The notes under the pieces: generated by a model
What the model was told of the DNA's origin: nothing
Databases searched by the model: none
What the model saw: only the letters and a program-made list of their open reading frames with translations
Assembly (NCBI GenBank): GCA_964016885.1
Contig: OZ024746.1
Location: forward strand, 20,894,001-20,958,000
Source: Eledone cirrhosa
Lineage: Eukaryota
Length of the DNA: 64,000 nucleotides
Direction: 5' to 3'
Shown here: piece after piece, positions 16,696-30,501 of the stretch
Numbering within the stretch: the stretch's first letter is position 1
Layout of the letters: each line of letters starts with the position of its first letter
Made by a program: the position numbers and the translations under genes

Positions 16696-16770
16696 TCAGA
16701 CACACTCCTCACTCATACACCACGCATATATAATTTAAAACTCTTATTCATTACTCATATGTTACTGTTA

Positions 16771-16851
<81 letters not shown>

Positions 16852-17075
16852 ACATATATAACTTTCCAACTTTCAGTTTCTACACAAAATAACTCAAGTA
16901 GAATACAAAATAAAATGCCTGCCAAGAGCATTTCAATCGTTTTTAATAATGAATAACAGTTTTAAATTATATATGCGTGTGTGTATGAGTAAGGAGCGTG
17001 TCTGAGTATGTGCACACATATATATATATATATGCGTGTGTATATAGAAGACATATACATATAAATATATATATA
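16598..17075. repeat. Inverted repeat (16598-16753 / 16947-17075)
   Basis: gtcttctatatacacacgc..cacgcatatataatttaaaactcttattcatta is mirrored, and shares a motif with the centre of the preceding palindrome. Confidence 0.75.
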
Positions 17076-19652
17076 TGTGTGTGTGTGTGTGTGGAGGGGG
17101 ATGTAATTTGGAAAAACCTATTCATATATCCATCAAACTATGCTATTTCAACCGAAATACAGAAAGAATATTATAAAACAATATGAAATTTCCACAAGCT
17201 AACATCAATTTATACTCATCCAACAGAAATCTATCAGAACTTGTACTTTATTTAGATGTGTAATTGAAAACACATTTTAAAGATATGGAATTTCTTTAGT
17301 TCTTTCTTGTTAATTTTGCTGATGATTTTTGTCCATAAAATATAATTATTCAAAATCTTATTACATAGAACATATGAGCCTAACATTATTATAAGACTAA
17401 TGAAATCATGCAAAAGTTAATGTGCTTGAGAAAGAAAGACAAAAATCCAACAAAAATAAAACCGTATTCTCTCACAAATGTATACGTCTGCAAAATATTT
17501 TATTGTCATATGAAATCTGTAAGTATATTTCACGACAAAAATATTTTGAAAACACAATTCACTTGCAACAAATTTGATGTTCTAACTGGTGGCATTCGCT
17601 TCTCTTGAAAGTTTGATTGCATGTATTATTTTAAAAGATATTTCCGCTGTGATTACTTAGTAAACACCGGTAAAATTTGATATCATATATTGAGTTTTAT
17701 AAATAACTCAATATGAAATTTGTTTCTTACTTTTTAGCATCGTCACATTATAACAATTAAATATTGAAAAATAAACTTAAGAAATATTTTCATCTCTCAT
17801 GTTTGTATTACCATTCTACTTGACTAAAAGTTACCAATACTGACGGTAAAGTCAAATTATAAAGCCAATGACATTGATTGCATCATCCAACAAAGTACTC
17901 TTGGGTCTCGAAGAGGTTTCCCCTTCCCCACGCTTATTAAATTTTCCTTATCTATCTCTGGCGAAATTTTATTTTAAGTGTTAGCATTCTTGCGACGATT
18001 AATTTTCTTTAGACATTATAAAAACATTATACATGACAAAAAAGTACATTACTAGAAATCCTATACGTTATAAAATAGATAGGATGGGTTGGGTTCTCAA
18101 AATGTAAACTAAACGACTAATTCTGGTTTTGAAAAAAAAATCAACGATAACAACATAGTTTGTAGCAGGTCGTACAAAACGCAGTACCAAAACTGATGAG
18201 GTCAAAAATTGATCTCTTGTTTTTGAAAGTTGTATCTTCTATGAGATTGAATTACAAATACAGTTCTGAGCAGGGGTAAAGATATTTTATAAAACACTGT
18301 AGTGTCTTTTCTTCTTCTTCTTCTTCTTCTTCTTCTTCTTCTTCTTCTTCTTCTTCTTCTTCTTCTTCTTCTTCTTCTTCTCCTTCCCCTCCTCCTCCTC
18401 CTCCTGGATGTTATCAAACCATATTATTCGGGGTTTAACTGTATTTCTAGGTATATTCTAATGTTCCTTGCATTCAATATATAGACACTGACTTAGCTAC
18501 TGCGTATATGTAGTGATGGGGACATGTAAACTGAAGATAGAAAATGTAGATTTGATTTGTTGTATGTGTGCAGGGTGATGTGTGAATGTTCAAATAATAC
18601 AAAATATTATGTTTTCTCACATAATGTAGAATATGTGCTCAGTAAAAAATTAACCGATAAGCTATCTAGAAATAGAAAAATGTTCTGGGAATATTTTGAT
18701 AAAAACCCATAGATAGCAGGTAAATGGAATCATTATTCTTTAGCAAAAAAACGTGAAGTTTAGACAATTGCAACCTGTTAATGGGATTGATTCTGCCGTA
18801 TTTTATTTTATAAGTTTTTTAGAAGAGTAAAATATTTTAATCTTAATATCAATTCAATATATTTGGGAAATTTACATACATTTTTATATTGATAACTATA
18901 TTGAGAAAGCGCATGTTTTACGCAATGTCAATAAAATGATTTAATTTAAATCGTTTTGAGCGCAAATAGTGCATAGGAAGTTCAATAGAAATTCTTCATA
19001 TCATTCCTGCATTTGCAATAAAGCTACTCTGAGTCGTTCCTGAAAATTAAATCAAAACTTCTTTGATGATAACACATTCCATTTATATTTTCTACGCATA
19101 TCTAAAAGTACCAGAAATACACGCGCTTTGGTAGTTTGTTTTATTGAGTTTCAGCGAATTGATTTTCTGTCTTCAATAGAGCCAAATATAGTAAATTTAG
19201 TAATAGAAAATTGAGTAGATTTAGTAAGAGCAATCATGAACAACCAGTGTTTTATAAAACTTGGGTAATAGTTAGTTACCCAGAGTGGGGAATCAATTTA
19301 CATTTATTACAAATATGTCCACATATTATTGCGATATATAGTAATGTAACATCAAGTTTTCTCAACTGCGTACTGTGTCTTGTCTGAAGAAGAGAAAATA
19401 GTGTTTACTGCAGAAATGTTTAGTTTTCTTTACGAAATTTATCATTGTTACGTAATAATTTCTTATGACTGCGCATTTAACTTTGAATTTATAGAATAAA
19501 AAGTTGATGTTCTTGTAAATAAAATATCACTTATAATGTGCGTACACATACACTGACACACAAACACAGACATACACACATATATACGTATGTATGTATG
19601 TATGTATGTATGTATGTATGTATGTATGTATGTATGTATGTATGTATATATG

Positions 19653-19732
<80 letters not shown>

Positions 19733-19737
19733 TATAT

Positions 19738-20126
19738 AGTTAATAAAGGAAACAAAACAAACACAGGAAAGCAAAATTACACAGTTATATTAGGTTCTCG
19801 TTTGGAGGAAATCGAGGGTTCGATGTTTCGGACAGAATTTCTTCATCAGGAAAGTTCGGATAAGGAGAAAACAGGTAGATGTACGAAAGTAGCGTTTGAA
19901 AGTTAGGAAAGGAATTTAATAAATGGGGGTTGGGAGGAGAATGATAAGCAGGGGTTGACAGGCAAAAGGTCCGGCCTATAGTTCAAGAATAGAAAACAAA
20001 CATAGAGATGCGAAACACAAAGTTTTATTAGTTCACGCGTGGGAAGAATTAAATGCGGATTTTGACGTATTTGACATAAGTTCTTCAGGAAATGGACAAT
20101 TTGGAGAGAGAAAGAGAGAAGGTGAG

Positions 20127-20223
<97 letters not shown>

Positions 20224-20338
20224 TAGAACAATGGAATATTTCAAGAAGGCTTGGGAGAGTAGGTGATTAATCCGGTGTGCGGGGATGGGGGCCGAGGTGG
20301 AGAGGCCAGGTGCGCCATGAGCGCTGTTACGCGTCTAC
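19738..20338 (-). mobile_element. Probable PLE 3' fragment with decayed hammerhead at 19819-19852
   Basis: Minus strand: ttc-CTGATGA-agaaattctgtcc-GAAA-ca-TC^gaa, with the 3' end running into (TA)n. Weak HLG..P..(R/G)IN-like endonuclease tail near 20270-20320. Confidence 0.4.
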
Positions 20339-20351
20339 GGTTTTGTATAAT

Positions 20352-20469
20352 AATTGTTTCTACTTTTGGCACAAGGCCAGCAATTATCCCAGTGCATTAC
20401 TGGTACTTTATTTTATCGACCCCGTAAGGATGAAAGGCAAAGTTAACCTCGGAGGGGATTTGAACTCAG
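20352..20469 (-). mobile_element. tRNA-derived SINE, 5'-truncated
   Basis: Matches the SINE core of 58118-58310. Another truncated copy lies at 21108-21228 (+). Confidence 0.8.
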
Positions 20470-21815
20470 TTGTATAATAATATATTAAAATATAGAAATG
20501 GCTGAGAGGGAAGAATACAGGCAAATGTGATATACACATTAAAATAAATGCATTTCATATATTCTCCTACGTTTTATATATTCATATAATTTTCTCCAGA
20601 GATGAATTCATGCTGTAACTTTTGCAGTCCAACGTTTAAAGTAAGACGTGCGATGACATCAAGGGAAATAAGTGATTTCCTAAGAGATATACAATGATTA
20701 TAAAGACAATAGCAACGCGAACAAAAGACGGAAGCGATACAGATGTAGCAGTAATAAGTGATAAACTATTTACGACATTTCTGTCTGTTAAGTACTTCAC
20801 AAGTGTTCTCGAATGTAAAATAAATGTTACATTAATGTTTCTAAAATACATAATTTATGTAGCATACCAAAGATAGTTTTTGCGAAATGCACTTTTGTGA
20901 TGGCTTACTTAAGATCTAAATAGAATTAAAATTTAGTTATATAACATTGAAATATTAAATTGACTTAGCCGAGAGATACTTAAAAATATACGAATATGTG
21001 TTATACACATTAAATAAATGCATAATGCAAAAATATATGGAATGGTTTGCATTTATTTTAATAAAGCATACATATTTATATATTTTTCTACATGTACATA
21101 TGCATCACGATCTGAGTTCAAATCCCGCCGAGGTTGACTTTGCCTTTCATCCTTACGGGGTCGATAAAATAAAAGTACCAGTAATGCACTGGGTAATTGC
21201 TGGCCTTGTACCTAAAGTAGAAACAATTATATCAATCCAACATTTAATATAAATTGTTTGATGTAACCATCAGTGGAAGCCAAAAAGAGAATAGTAAGAT
21301 AGATACACTGGTTACATACAGAAATAATACGATCGCAAATACAAGCGGCCGAATTGGGGTTCCTTCGAACGGTCGTTGGAGTAACGTTACTCGATTGAGT
21401 GTGTAGCTCGGAGACCATAGCTGCGATATTATAGAAAAGTGGTTAGAATGTCCAATGAAAGAGTCGCTGGACAGATTTTATGGGCAAAACCAACCGGTAG
21501 ACCACCAAGCAAGATGGTTAGACAATATCCATATATAGAGGAACAGAAAAAAACAAAGATAACTTGGAAAGCACGTAAAAATGGGAATACTAGCTTAACG
21601 TATGAGTGTGTGTGTGTATGTGTGTGTGTGCGTGTGTGCGTGTGAGTGTATGCGTGGTTGTAGATATGTGTTTATATATACTTATCACAACTAGGATTGA
21701 GGTGTAAATTACAAGTTCTTAAACAGTATTCGAATTTTCATGAGTGTCACTTTGTAAAGAAATTTTTATTTTTTTCAATTGTTAGGCAATCTTGTTATTT
21801 TGTCTTATTTTGAAA

Positions 21816-22004
21816 TACGAGGGTCGGCTGTAAAATTCATAGGCTGACTATGAAGGTATAATGTTAGAGCTGTGGTATCATACATGCATTAATTTCAACT
21901 CTTCTTATAAATAACTACATTGTTTCTTTCTAGGGACTATGTTGAAAAATATATCTCATTTGGTCATTCCATGAGAGTATCTTGGTCAGCCTATGACCCT
22001 CGTA
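21816..22004. mobile_element. Tc1/mariner-type MITE
   Basis: TA-CGAGGGTC...GACCCTCG-TA termini with internal inverted cataggctgac/gtcagcctatg. Related fragments at 23152-23245 and ~31925-32050. Confidence 0.7.
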
Positions 22005-23259
22005 AATCAAAATTGGTGTATGAATTAATGGGGAGTGTTCAGTCTATTTGTTGAACTTATCGGGATTTGTACTTAGAATGTGAAGAGCCGGACCAAGTAA
22101 CACCAAATGTTTCATTGAACGCTCTAGAGGGTCAGCCAATTCACCGCTCCTTTATTGGTATAAATTCACATATTTTTCATTTGACATTAATTCATATTTG
22201 TTGAAAGTTAAATGCTTATAGTAGACATGTGATGTTGTTATCAGAGGAAGAGAGACTACAGAGCATAAGTTTATTAATTATCTATAGACTAGTAAATAGG
22301 AAACATATAAACAGAGCGATTCGAATACAGTCAGAATATCGATAAATAATTTACTCATTTCCCGTCTGTACACTCTTGTAAAAAAACTGCTCAAAACTTA
22401 CAGATATAGGCTGTTAGTTTAATAATAGAAATAAATATTTTGCAAACATAAAGAAGGTATATTTTTTCTCTAAAGGGTTTTGGACAGGAAGTTGCATAGA
22501 TATGAAAATAAATTCAGGTGTATAGTGATAATATATTGAAATAAAATCGGCTAGAAGGAAAATATCCTCGAATATATATAAATAAATACAGCCTATATAA
22601 TAAAATAAATGAAAATACATATTCATATAGTTTTCTACAGACAGGAAATTACAGAAATAAGTTGTTACACTACTCAAAATGGAAATGAAAAGTTTGCAAA
22701 CATAACATTGATGGTTTTTATTGAGTAAACCATTTTAGCAGAAAGATGTATGGTAGATTTTAAATAAAATGTATGATGGCTTCAATGGAATAAAGAAATA
22801 TAGAAAAAAGATGAGAATCACAAGACTAATATGCAGATTATTTACAGATCACTAACTAGCGTCTCAGAGAAAATCCGGAATTATGTAAATGCAAATGAAA
22901 TATCGATAAATCATTCGCTACATTTCTGTATGTAAAATACTTTACAAATCATCTCAAATCTCCTAAATTAATGTAAATATAATATTTAAAATTAACTGAT
23001 AGAATTGGGCTATTATACTAATAAAGGAAATAAACATTTCGAAAGCAAAATGAAGATACACGTTTTGGTAAAACTTTTAGTCTCAAACAGTTGAAAATAA
23101 ATTCAGATTTAAAGCGATATCAAATTGAAATATAAAGATCAAAATATATTCATACAAGGGTCGGCTGAAAAGTTCATATGTTGAAAAGTTCATAGGCTGA
23201 CCAAGATACTCTCAAGGAATGACCAAATGAAATTTATTTTTTAAATGAGGTTTATTCTT

Positions 23260-23510
23260 CACTGGAAAGACAAACCTTTCAAATGTTGATTTTCGTCACG
23301 CATAAAACATAATACTGTCGTAAAAACAGAGTAGAATCACTGAGAAGGCAAAACCTTTCAAATGCTGATATCCGTCATATATAAAATATAGAAATGCCAT
23401 AAAAACAGAATAGAATCACTAGGAAGGCACAAACCTTTCAAATGCTGATTTCCGTCACACATTAAACATACAAGTGCCATAAAAACAGAATCGAATCACT
23501 GTGAAGGCAC
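23260..23510. repeat. Minisatellite, ~79-bp unit x3
   Basis: cact..gaaggc..aaacctttcaaatgctgat..ccgtca..taaaaacagaatagaat is repeated. Confidence 0.8.
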
Positions 23511-23632
23511 ATACATAAAACATAAAACATAAAACTATTGTCAAAACAGCAGAACCATATTCCAATCTATAAATAATTCTGCATAAATATGAACCAATAA
23601 CACCTATCAGAAAAACAAAAAGAAACAATAAT

Positions 23633-23955
23633 AATTGTTTCTACTTTAGGCACAAGGCTAGCAATTACCCAGTGCATTACTGGTACTTTATTTTATCGAC
23701 CCCGTAAGGATGAAAGGCAAAGTCAACCTCAATAATAATAGTTTCTGATTTAGGGACAAGGCCATCCATTTTGGGGAGGGGAAAGTCGATTAAATCGATT
23801 CCAATGCGTGACTGGTACTTTATTTTATCGATCCCGTAAGAATGAAAGGCAAGGCTAACCTTGGCGGGATTTGAACCCAGAACGTAAAGGGCCGTAACTC
23901 TATGCCACGAAGCAGGGGGTCCGACGCTCCACCGATACTGCCCATTCACCGCCCT
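23633..23955 (-). mobile_element. Two adjacent SINE copies
   Basis: SINE core occurs twice; the second copy includes the head ending at caccgccc. Confidence 0.85.
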
Positions 23956-24569
23956 AAAAGGAACAACAATGATAAATATAATTTTGTAGCTGAAGTTTAA
24001 TGTGAATATATTGTAGAATATTTTAGTTATGCTGTGTACTTCTAGATTCGATAATTTAGAATTACAGATGAGGTGAAATGAGCATTTCGAAGAGGCTTTC
24101 ATAGGTAATTGCATTAAAAGGAATAACTTTGAATAACATTTTACTGAAAACCATAAAAAACACTTAAGAATATTATACGTAAATAGTTTGGTAGAACTGC
24201 GAAGATCTTTTTTTTTCTTCTTTTGATGTGATATAATTACAAGCTTTTTTGGTAGGATGGTTTTCACATGATAGAATCTGAAATATTTAAGCGAAGTATA
24301 ATGGGAAGTTGGAACGGTTTTGCATTTAGAAATGGCATTATAAATGTTGAAGAAATGGCTGATAACACTGGGAATGGAAATATTACCTCAGATTACATTT
24401 GCAAGGAGCTTTTTTCTTACTCTATACATTTAATCTTTAATAATTGTTACTACTTTTTGGCACAAGGCCAGCAATTTGAAGGGAGTGTGGATAATCGATT
24501 AAAATAAAGTACCAGTGCGTTACTGGTACTTTATTTTATCGACTCTGTAAGGGCGAAAGGCTGATTTCC

Positions 24570-24878
24570 TTCGTAAAATCGGAAAGACGGAGAACCGCTT
24601 AAGGAGGGAGCCCCGCGAAGTGGAGTGGTTGCTGCAGCAGGTGTCTCTGGTCATTCTCCGCGGTAATGTCTTTGTCAATTCGCCAACGGGGCCCGGCTGA
24701 GGTGCCGCTCAGACTAGGGTGTAGAGTCTGTTCCTCTCCGACACTTTGTTTCGTTGCTTTCTTCTCTTTTCTTTTCCTTCTTTTCATTTCTTTGTTTTTT
24801 TTTGTTCCTCTTATAGTGTGTTTTGTTTTGTATAAACAGCTTTGTAAAATAAAATTTCCTTAGACAGAAAAAAAAAAT
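24570..24878 (+). mobile_element. CRE-like RLE non-LTR retrotransposon 3' end
   Basis: Translates RREPREVEWLLQQVSLVILRGN (compare the QRxSxAxxRGNA RLE terminus), followed by a T-rich 3'UTR, AATAAA and an A tail. Confidence 0.55.
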
Positions 24879-25262
24879 AACAACAGATATAAAGAAGAAT
24901 GGTTCAAAAGGGAAAACTTGGAATCTTAGTTTGTTAGGAGTTGAAGCCTAATTTAGGACACTGCCTTATATTCCCCACATATTTCACAGTTATAATATCT
25001 AGCAGTCAACGAGTGACCGATTCCACCAAATTACCCGAATTGGCCGATCAACGTGTTCCACTTATGATGAAATGGTAATAAAGCTCAGTGTACTATATTA
25101 TTGCGTGAGTGAAACCATTAATAACGCGAATCAAATTGTTAATACAAATATCTAATCTTCACTGCACATGTTGATTAGTTTTAGCAAACCAATACACACT
25201 CATACGCACATATAAATATATACATATACATGCATTCATACATATCTATATACACACACACA

Positions 25263-25361
<99 letters not shown>

Positions 25362-25413
25362 TAATAAAAATAATGAAATAAAAACAAAGAACAAGTTCCT
25401 TATATTAAAAAAT

Positions 25414-25549
25414 TCATCATTTTACGATCGTTTCTAGGATGTACATGTGTGTTGGTATGTATATCATATAGATCTATGTAAAAATATTACAAATTATCAG
25501 AGGAAATATACATACCTTCACATATACATGCTGTCTTCAGAAATGATGA
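25414..25549 (-). ncRNA. Type I hammerhead ribozyme in the PLE 3' pLTR
   Basis: Minus strand: tcatcattt-CTGAAGA-[~100-nt stem II including atgtatatgtg/cacatgtacat and ggtatgtatat/atatacatacc]-GAAA-cgatcg-TA^aaatgatga. Perfect 9-bp stem I; the 10.1-11.1 pair is mismatched. Confidence 0.8.
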
Positions 25550-26260
25550 GATTTGTTTATTGAAAAAAAACCCCAACAAAGATTTAATATAAAAGGTCTG
25601 TTTGGGAACAGGTTTTGAATTGACCAATAGAAAAGTAGTTAGAGGTCAAGTTGATAGAATAGTAGTAGTAGAAATTTAATTTAGGGGTAGAAAAGTGCAG
25701 ACTTATGTTTTGAATGAAAATAATACTTTGAATGAAAAGAATACTTTGGGGATGAAAGAGGTCAAGCCAGTGAAAGGTACACGAAAATTTGATGTTATTA
25801 AAGAATAATGTTAAAAACGAAGGAAAATTAAATTTTAGGGTAAGGGTATTAGTGAGAAATACCAATCTTATTTAAACCACAAGGAATCTAGATCTATAAC
25901 AAGAAATTAAATTAATTGATAGGTATACTTATAGGGATAAATTTATATTAATTCATATGAATGTGATAAATAAGAATTAGATGTTATTAAAGAGTGTTGT
26001 TAAAAACGAAGGAAAGTAAAATTTTGGGATAAGAGTAGTAGTGAGAAATACCAATCTTATATAAACTACAAGGAATCTAGATTCATAACAGGAAATTAAA
26101 TTAATTTATAGGTATACTTTTAGGTATTAATTTTAGGAAAAGAGAGCTGTAAGAGGGAAATAAAATTATGAAGTTCTCTGTAGTAAAGTACTAATTATAG
26201 GTTAACTAAATAAAACAAACTAATTATAATAATATGTAAAATATAAGTGTAAGGTGTATA

Positions 26261-28077
26261 TTAATTAGGTTTATAATATTTGAAGGTTCTTCTAATTCTA
26301 TGATTGCAAGATATAATTAATTTCTTCCGCTTATTTAATAGGATATCCTTAGATTTCATGATTTCAAAGAGTTCCTGGGAGCATAATCTACACTCGTATC
26401 TGTTATTTTGAGCACACTCCAGGTCAGGTTGTAATCGATATTCTTCTTTCTATAATTATTAATTGTTTCAGCCAAGGATGTTGTATTAGCTAATGCGGCA
26501 TTTTGAAAACTATGTTTGTGGGTATTAAATCTTACTTTAAATTGGTTAGACGTAGCTCCTATATATGAATAAGTGGAGTCCTTAGTGCTAATTTTACATT
26601 TATAGACTATGTTATTAATAAGACAATTTCCATTTAATGGGAAATTTCTTTTGATTCTACAGTTACAACCACTCGTGAATATTATATCAGGGGAGTTAGT
26701 CAAATTTGGTGTGGAATTTATTCGACTTGTTATAGGTGAAGGAGATGGTGATTTGTTGCGGTTTATTTTAGTATTATGGTTGATCTGTTGGTGGTATGGT
26801 ATATTTGTTTTTTTTTTACATTTATATGCGTTGTAAGCACTTATAATTTGTTGTATATTTTTGGTAGTGGAGTAGGAAAATTTGACAGTTGATCTATTTA
26901 AAATTTGATGGTATTTATGGTTTGGCGGGAAGTATTTCTCTAGCATAGTAAACATTTTTTTAGGGATATTATCTTCAATTTGTAGATTAAATGGAGCATT
27001 ATACCAAGTAACCCGTCTATTACGATTTCGATATTGTTTTCTATATTTATACGATGTATCAAGATGTTTACTAAGAGAGTTACTATTAGTGAATTTATTA
27101 TATATAAGTTTAGTTAGATTTTGGTGTTTTAGTCTGATTATTAGGAATTTTGTTAGTAATGTTGTTAACATATATTGGAGTATTAGGATGAAGGGTTTTT
27201 TGAAAGTCATTATATTTTATGTGAGAAGAGGTAGAAAAATTAAGTTTTAGGTTGGTATTTTTGGGTGTAGTATGAGTGACCTTTAGGTGTGGGTTTTTCA
27301 TTTGGTGTTTGTTGGTAATATTGGGTTGTATGTTTGAAGTATTATTGATGCAAGGTATACAGACTAATTTGTTTTTGTGGCCGCTTCTAGCTAAAGCTTC
27401 GTTATAAAAGAGCGCGTTTTTATCGAATACATCCTGGTTAGATGAAAGGTTAGAGATTCTGAGTGAGATATTATATGCTAGGTTTTTAAGGATAGATCTA
27501 GGGTGATTGGATTGTGAGTGTATGTAATGTAAGTTTTGGTTAGGTTTATGGTAAGGTTGGTAGATACCCGTAGATAAGTCTAAAGTTATATCTAGGAAAT
27601 TGACTATTTTACTGGTGTTTTCAAATGTAATAGTGAGATTGTAATAGTCTTTGAGGAAAGTTCTAATAAGTTTTTTCATTTTTTTCAATTTCTGATAGGT
27701 TAAGATTACTGGAAAGAAGAAGACAGTCATCACGATATAAATCACCTTTAAGGTGGGGAAAAGATGAATTAATGTTAAATAGAAGATCGGTAATTTGGGC
27801 AGAATCACTAGAGCCCATAATAATGTCGAAGAGATTACTACATGTATTTCTGGTCCAGTATTCCTTCTGAAATTCCAGTAGTGTTTGTCTAGCGTGCGTT
27901 ATAATATTAATGTCATCCATAGTTAAGTTTGATCTATTTTTGGCAAATATCAAGGATTTGTTCAGGAGTATGGGTGATATAGAGGAATAATAAGCATCTA
28001 TATCAAATTGTAGAAATGAAGCAGATGATTTATTTCTAATATTAGTAAACCAGTTAATTACTTGGGATGTGTTTTCC
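26261..28077 (-). pseudogene. Penelope-like reverse transcriptase plus GIY-YIG endonuclease, frameshifted
   Basis: RT motifs FLQFDIDAYYSSI, MGSSDSAQI, LYRDD, VNFLDITLDL, PYHKPN, SNHP. Linker WYNAPF. Endonuclease CNCR..PLNGNCL..IVY..YIGAT..FKVRFNTH, then CRLC..E..LLNKR..CNH in another frame. Confidence 0.92.
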
Positions 28078-28191
28078 TATGATTTTCATCGAAAATATTT
28101 GAATGCATCTTCTCTTTTCATGATATTTGGATTACATTGAGTTCTTCATACGGATTGGACACTACCGTATATTTTGGTAGATTTATCTACA

Positions 28192-28270
<79 letters not shown>

Positions 28271-29222
28271 GTGTGTGAGAGTTTGTGGGTGTGCGTGCGT
28301 GTACATTTGTATGTGTGTGTGAGTGTATTTAATGCATAAATGACTGAGATAAAATAGAGTGAATATGAAATATAGTTTATAGGAATGTTCAGCAATAAAG
28401 AGAATGTGAGAATGAGAATGAGAAACAAGTACGTGTGTTCTTGAACCTCCTCAATGTTTTGAGTAGCTTTATGAGTAAAGGATTATAAAACTAGTGAAAC
28501 TACTTAGGAATATTTATACAAAAATGGATTGGCATTAATATTTGTTTCTTAAAACCACAGATAAAATTATCTAACAAAATGAAAAATCAATTTCCTCAAA
28601 ATGATGTATACAAAACCATAAATTCCGTTTGCTTCAAATTGACTGTACAACTTTCGGCAAATCTAGTAATCTTTAGAAGTAATTCCTTCCTAGCGGTTTT
28701 AAAAGCAATTACTTTGAAATAATGATTACCAAACTTAAACATGATATTTGAATAAGCTAATAGCAGAAAATATCTTCATTACGAAATTAGATGCTATTTA
28801 TTTTGCTTGCAAACAACAATAAGAGAAATATTCTGTAGAAAGACAAGGCAGGACTGAACATATTAAACAGTGTAAGTTGGGTCATGTGCAGAAAACAACG
28901 TTTTGAATTAGTTCTTAATGGAGGAATTGATACATTCTACATTAGAATCAATTGCACATTCATCCATTAGAAGAAGTCTTCCATTCATGGGAATTCTTGA
29001 ACGTTTCTCCGTGAAGAAAATACTCAAAGCTTTACAGTTATAGTAAATATCAAATAATGCTTACCACATGTTCTTATTTTATAGCACAAACCTATGTATA
29101 CTTTTTGTTAGATGTAAAATGAATAGCGAAGAAAAGAAGCTCATTGCTGGAGTGCTGCTTCTGGTCCATAGTTTTGATTTCATTTCCAGGTTGATTCTAT
29201 TTAATTGTACAAAGTGTATTAA

Positions 29223-29416
29223 CAGATCTGCCAACCTCTAAAACGCCAAACGGGGAGAACCATGAAAAAAAGTGCCCCAAAACGGGGAGAAATGAGGCAA
29301 AATGGTGAGATTTTACAGAATGAAAGCTATACCTATTTTCACAAGAGAAGATATCTCTCACCACCCCAAAGTGAGTGGAAGATCTCCCCGTCGGACAGGG
29401 AAAGTTGACATGTCTG
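29223..29416. mobile_element. Possible MITE with imperfect ~13-bp TIRs
   Basis: cagatctgccaac ... gttgacatgtctg, with repeated subterminal aaacggggaga. Confidence 0.4.
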
Positions 29417-29874
29417 GAATTAATAACATTCTTAAGTATGATAACCTCCTTATTTCTGTCAACCGAAATAAAGAGAAGAAATCTGTTGTATTCCGACCTG
29501 GAGAGGGGATGGGCTCCGCTAGGTCTTCAAATGTCCTAGAAACACCTTATGTCAATACAGCAACACTACGGCACCTTCAGGAGTTATGAGACCATGCATG
29601 TATCAATCATCTACTTGTCTGTCTTAAAGTTGAGTTTCTCTTAACACTAAATAGCAATGAAATTGGGGAAGTTCCAAACTACCAGAAGAATGGCCGAGGT
29701 CAGCGAGACCAGATTTAGATCGGTTGGTGGTGGTGGATGGTGGGTGGTGGGCGGGGGCATTTCATGGAGGCCAATAGTTAAATAGATAAGGTTACTAAAT
29801 GTTGCTAATAGTTTAACAGTAAAAACATGGAAACTAGATCTCTCTACTCATTATGTATACAGACACAAGGACAC

Positions 29875-30501
29875 TGGATTGGCAGTATCGGTAGAGCGTC
29901 GGACGATATGCTTTGCGGCATATAGCTACGTACAATTACGTTCTGAGATCAAATCCCGCCGAGGTTAGCTTTGCTTTTCATCCTTACGGGGTCGATAAAA
30001 TAAAGTACCAGTAACGCGCTGAGGTCGATTCCCCTCCTCCAAATTGTTGGACTTGTCCCTAAATCAGAAACCATTGTGTATAGAGATACATCATACCACT
30101 CATCCTGAAACAGAAGATACACCCAAACAGATTTCTATTTGGGGTCTTTCTTCTGTTTCACAGCCACAAATAAATATACACTGGTGCATATATAGACATA
30201 TACATATATCAACATACAGACAACGATGCATATTGAGGTATACACACATATATACACATACTCAGTCACACGCACACACATACACACACGCAGGCATACA
30301 CACATATATAATTGTTTCTACCTTTTAGCACAAGGCCAGCAAATACCCCAGTGCATTACTGGTACTTTATTTTATCGACCCCGTAAGGATGAAAGGCAAA
30401 GTCAACCTCGGCGGGATTTGAACTCAGAATGGCAAGGGCCGTAACTCAATGCGTCAAAGCACAGCGTCCGACCCTCTACCGATACTGCCAATCCACCGCC
30501 C
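29875..30501. mobile_element. Two SINE copies: 29875-30073 (+) and 30310-30501 (-)
   Basis: A box, B-box-like segment and the central core are present. Confidence 0.85.

Larger units (their letters stand above)
25361..28197 (-). mobile_element. 5'-truncated Penelope-like element with 3' pLTR/hammerhead and an inverted tail segment at its 5' junction, flanked by (TA)n
   Basis: RT-GIY-YIG pseudogene, 3'UTR with an internal direct repeat (~25790-25935 / 25980-26125), co-oriented hammerhead, and (TA)n at both ends. Confidence 0.9.

Noticed and set aside
18187-18240. CTGATGA...GAAA hammerhead candidate (similar weak hits at ~8190-8238, 15695-15730, 16540-16585, 38515-38552, 56895-56910)
   Set aside because: The stems do not close correctly around the core, or the core is too degenerate to call.
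23677-24267. ORFs sharing PAEVDFAFHPYGVDKIKYQ or LFYRPRKDERQSQPRRDLNS
   Set aside because: These are read-throughs of the SINE core, not a protein family.
28600-29100. Possible pogo-like DDE transposase relic on minus (RLLLMDEC, FEANGIY)
   Set aside because: Too degraded to support without a profile search.
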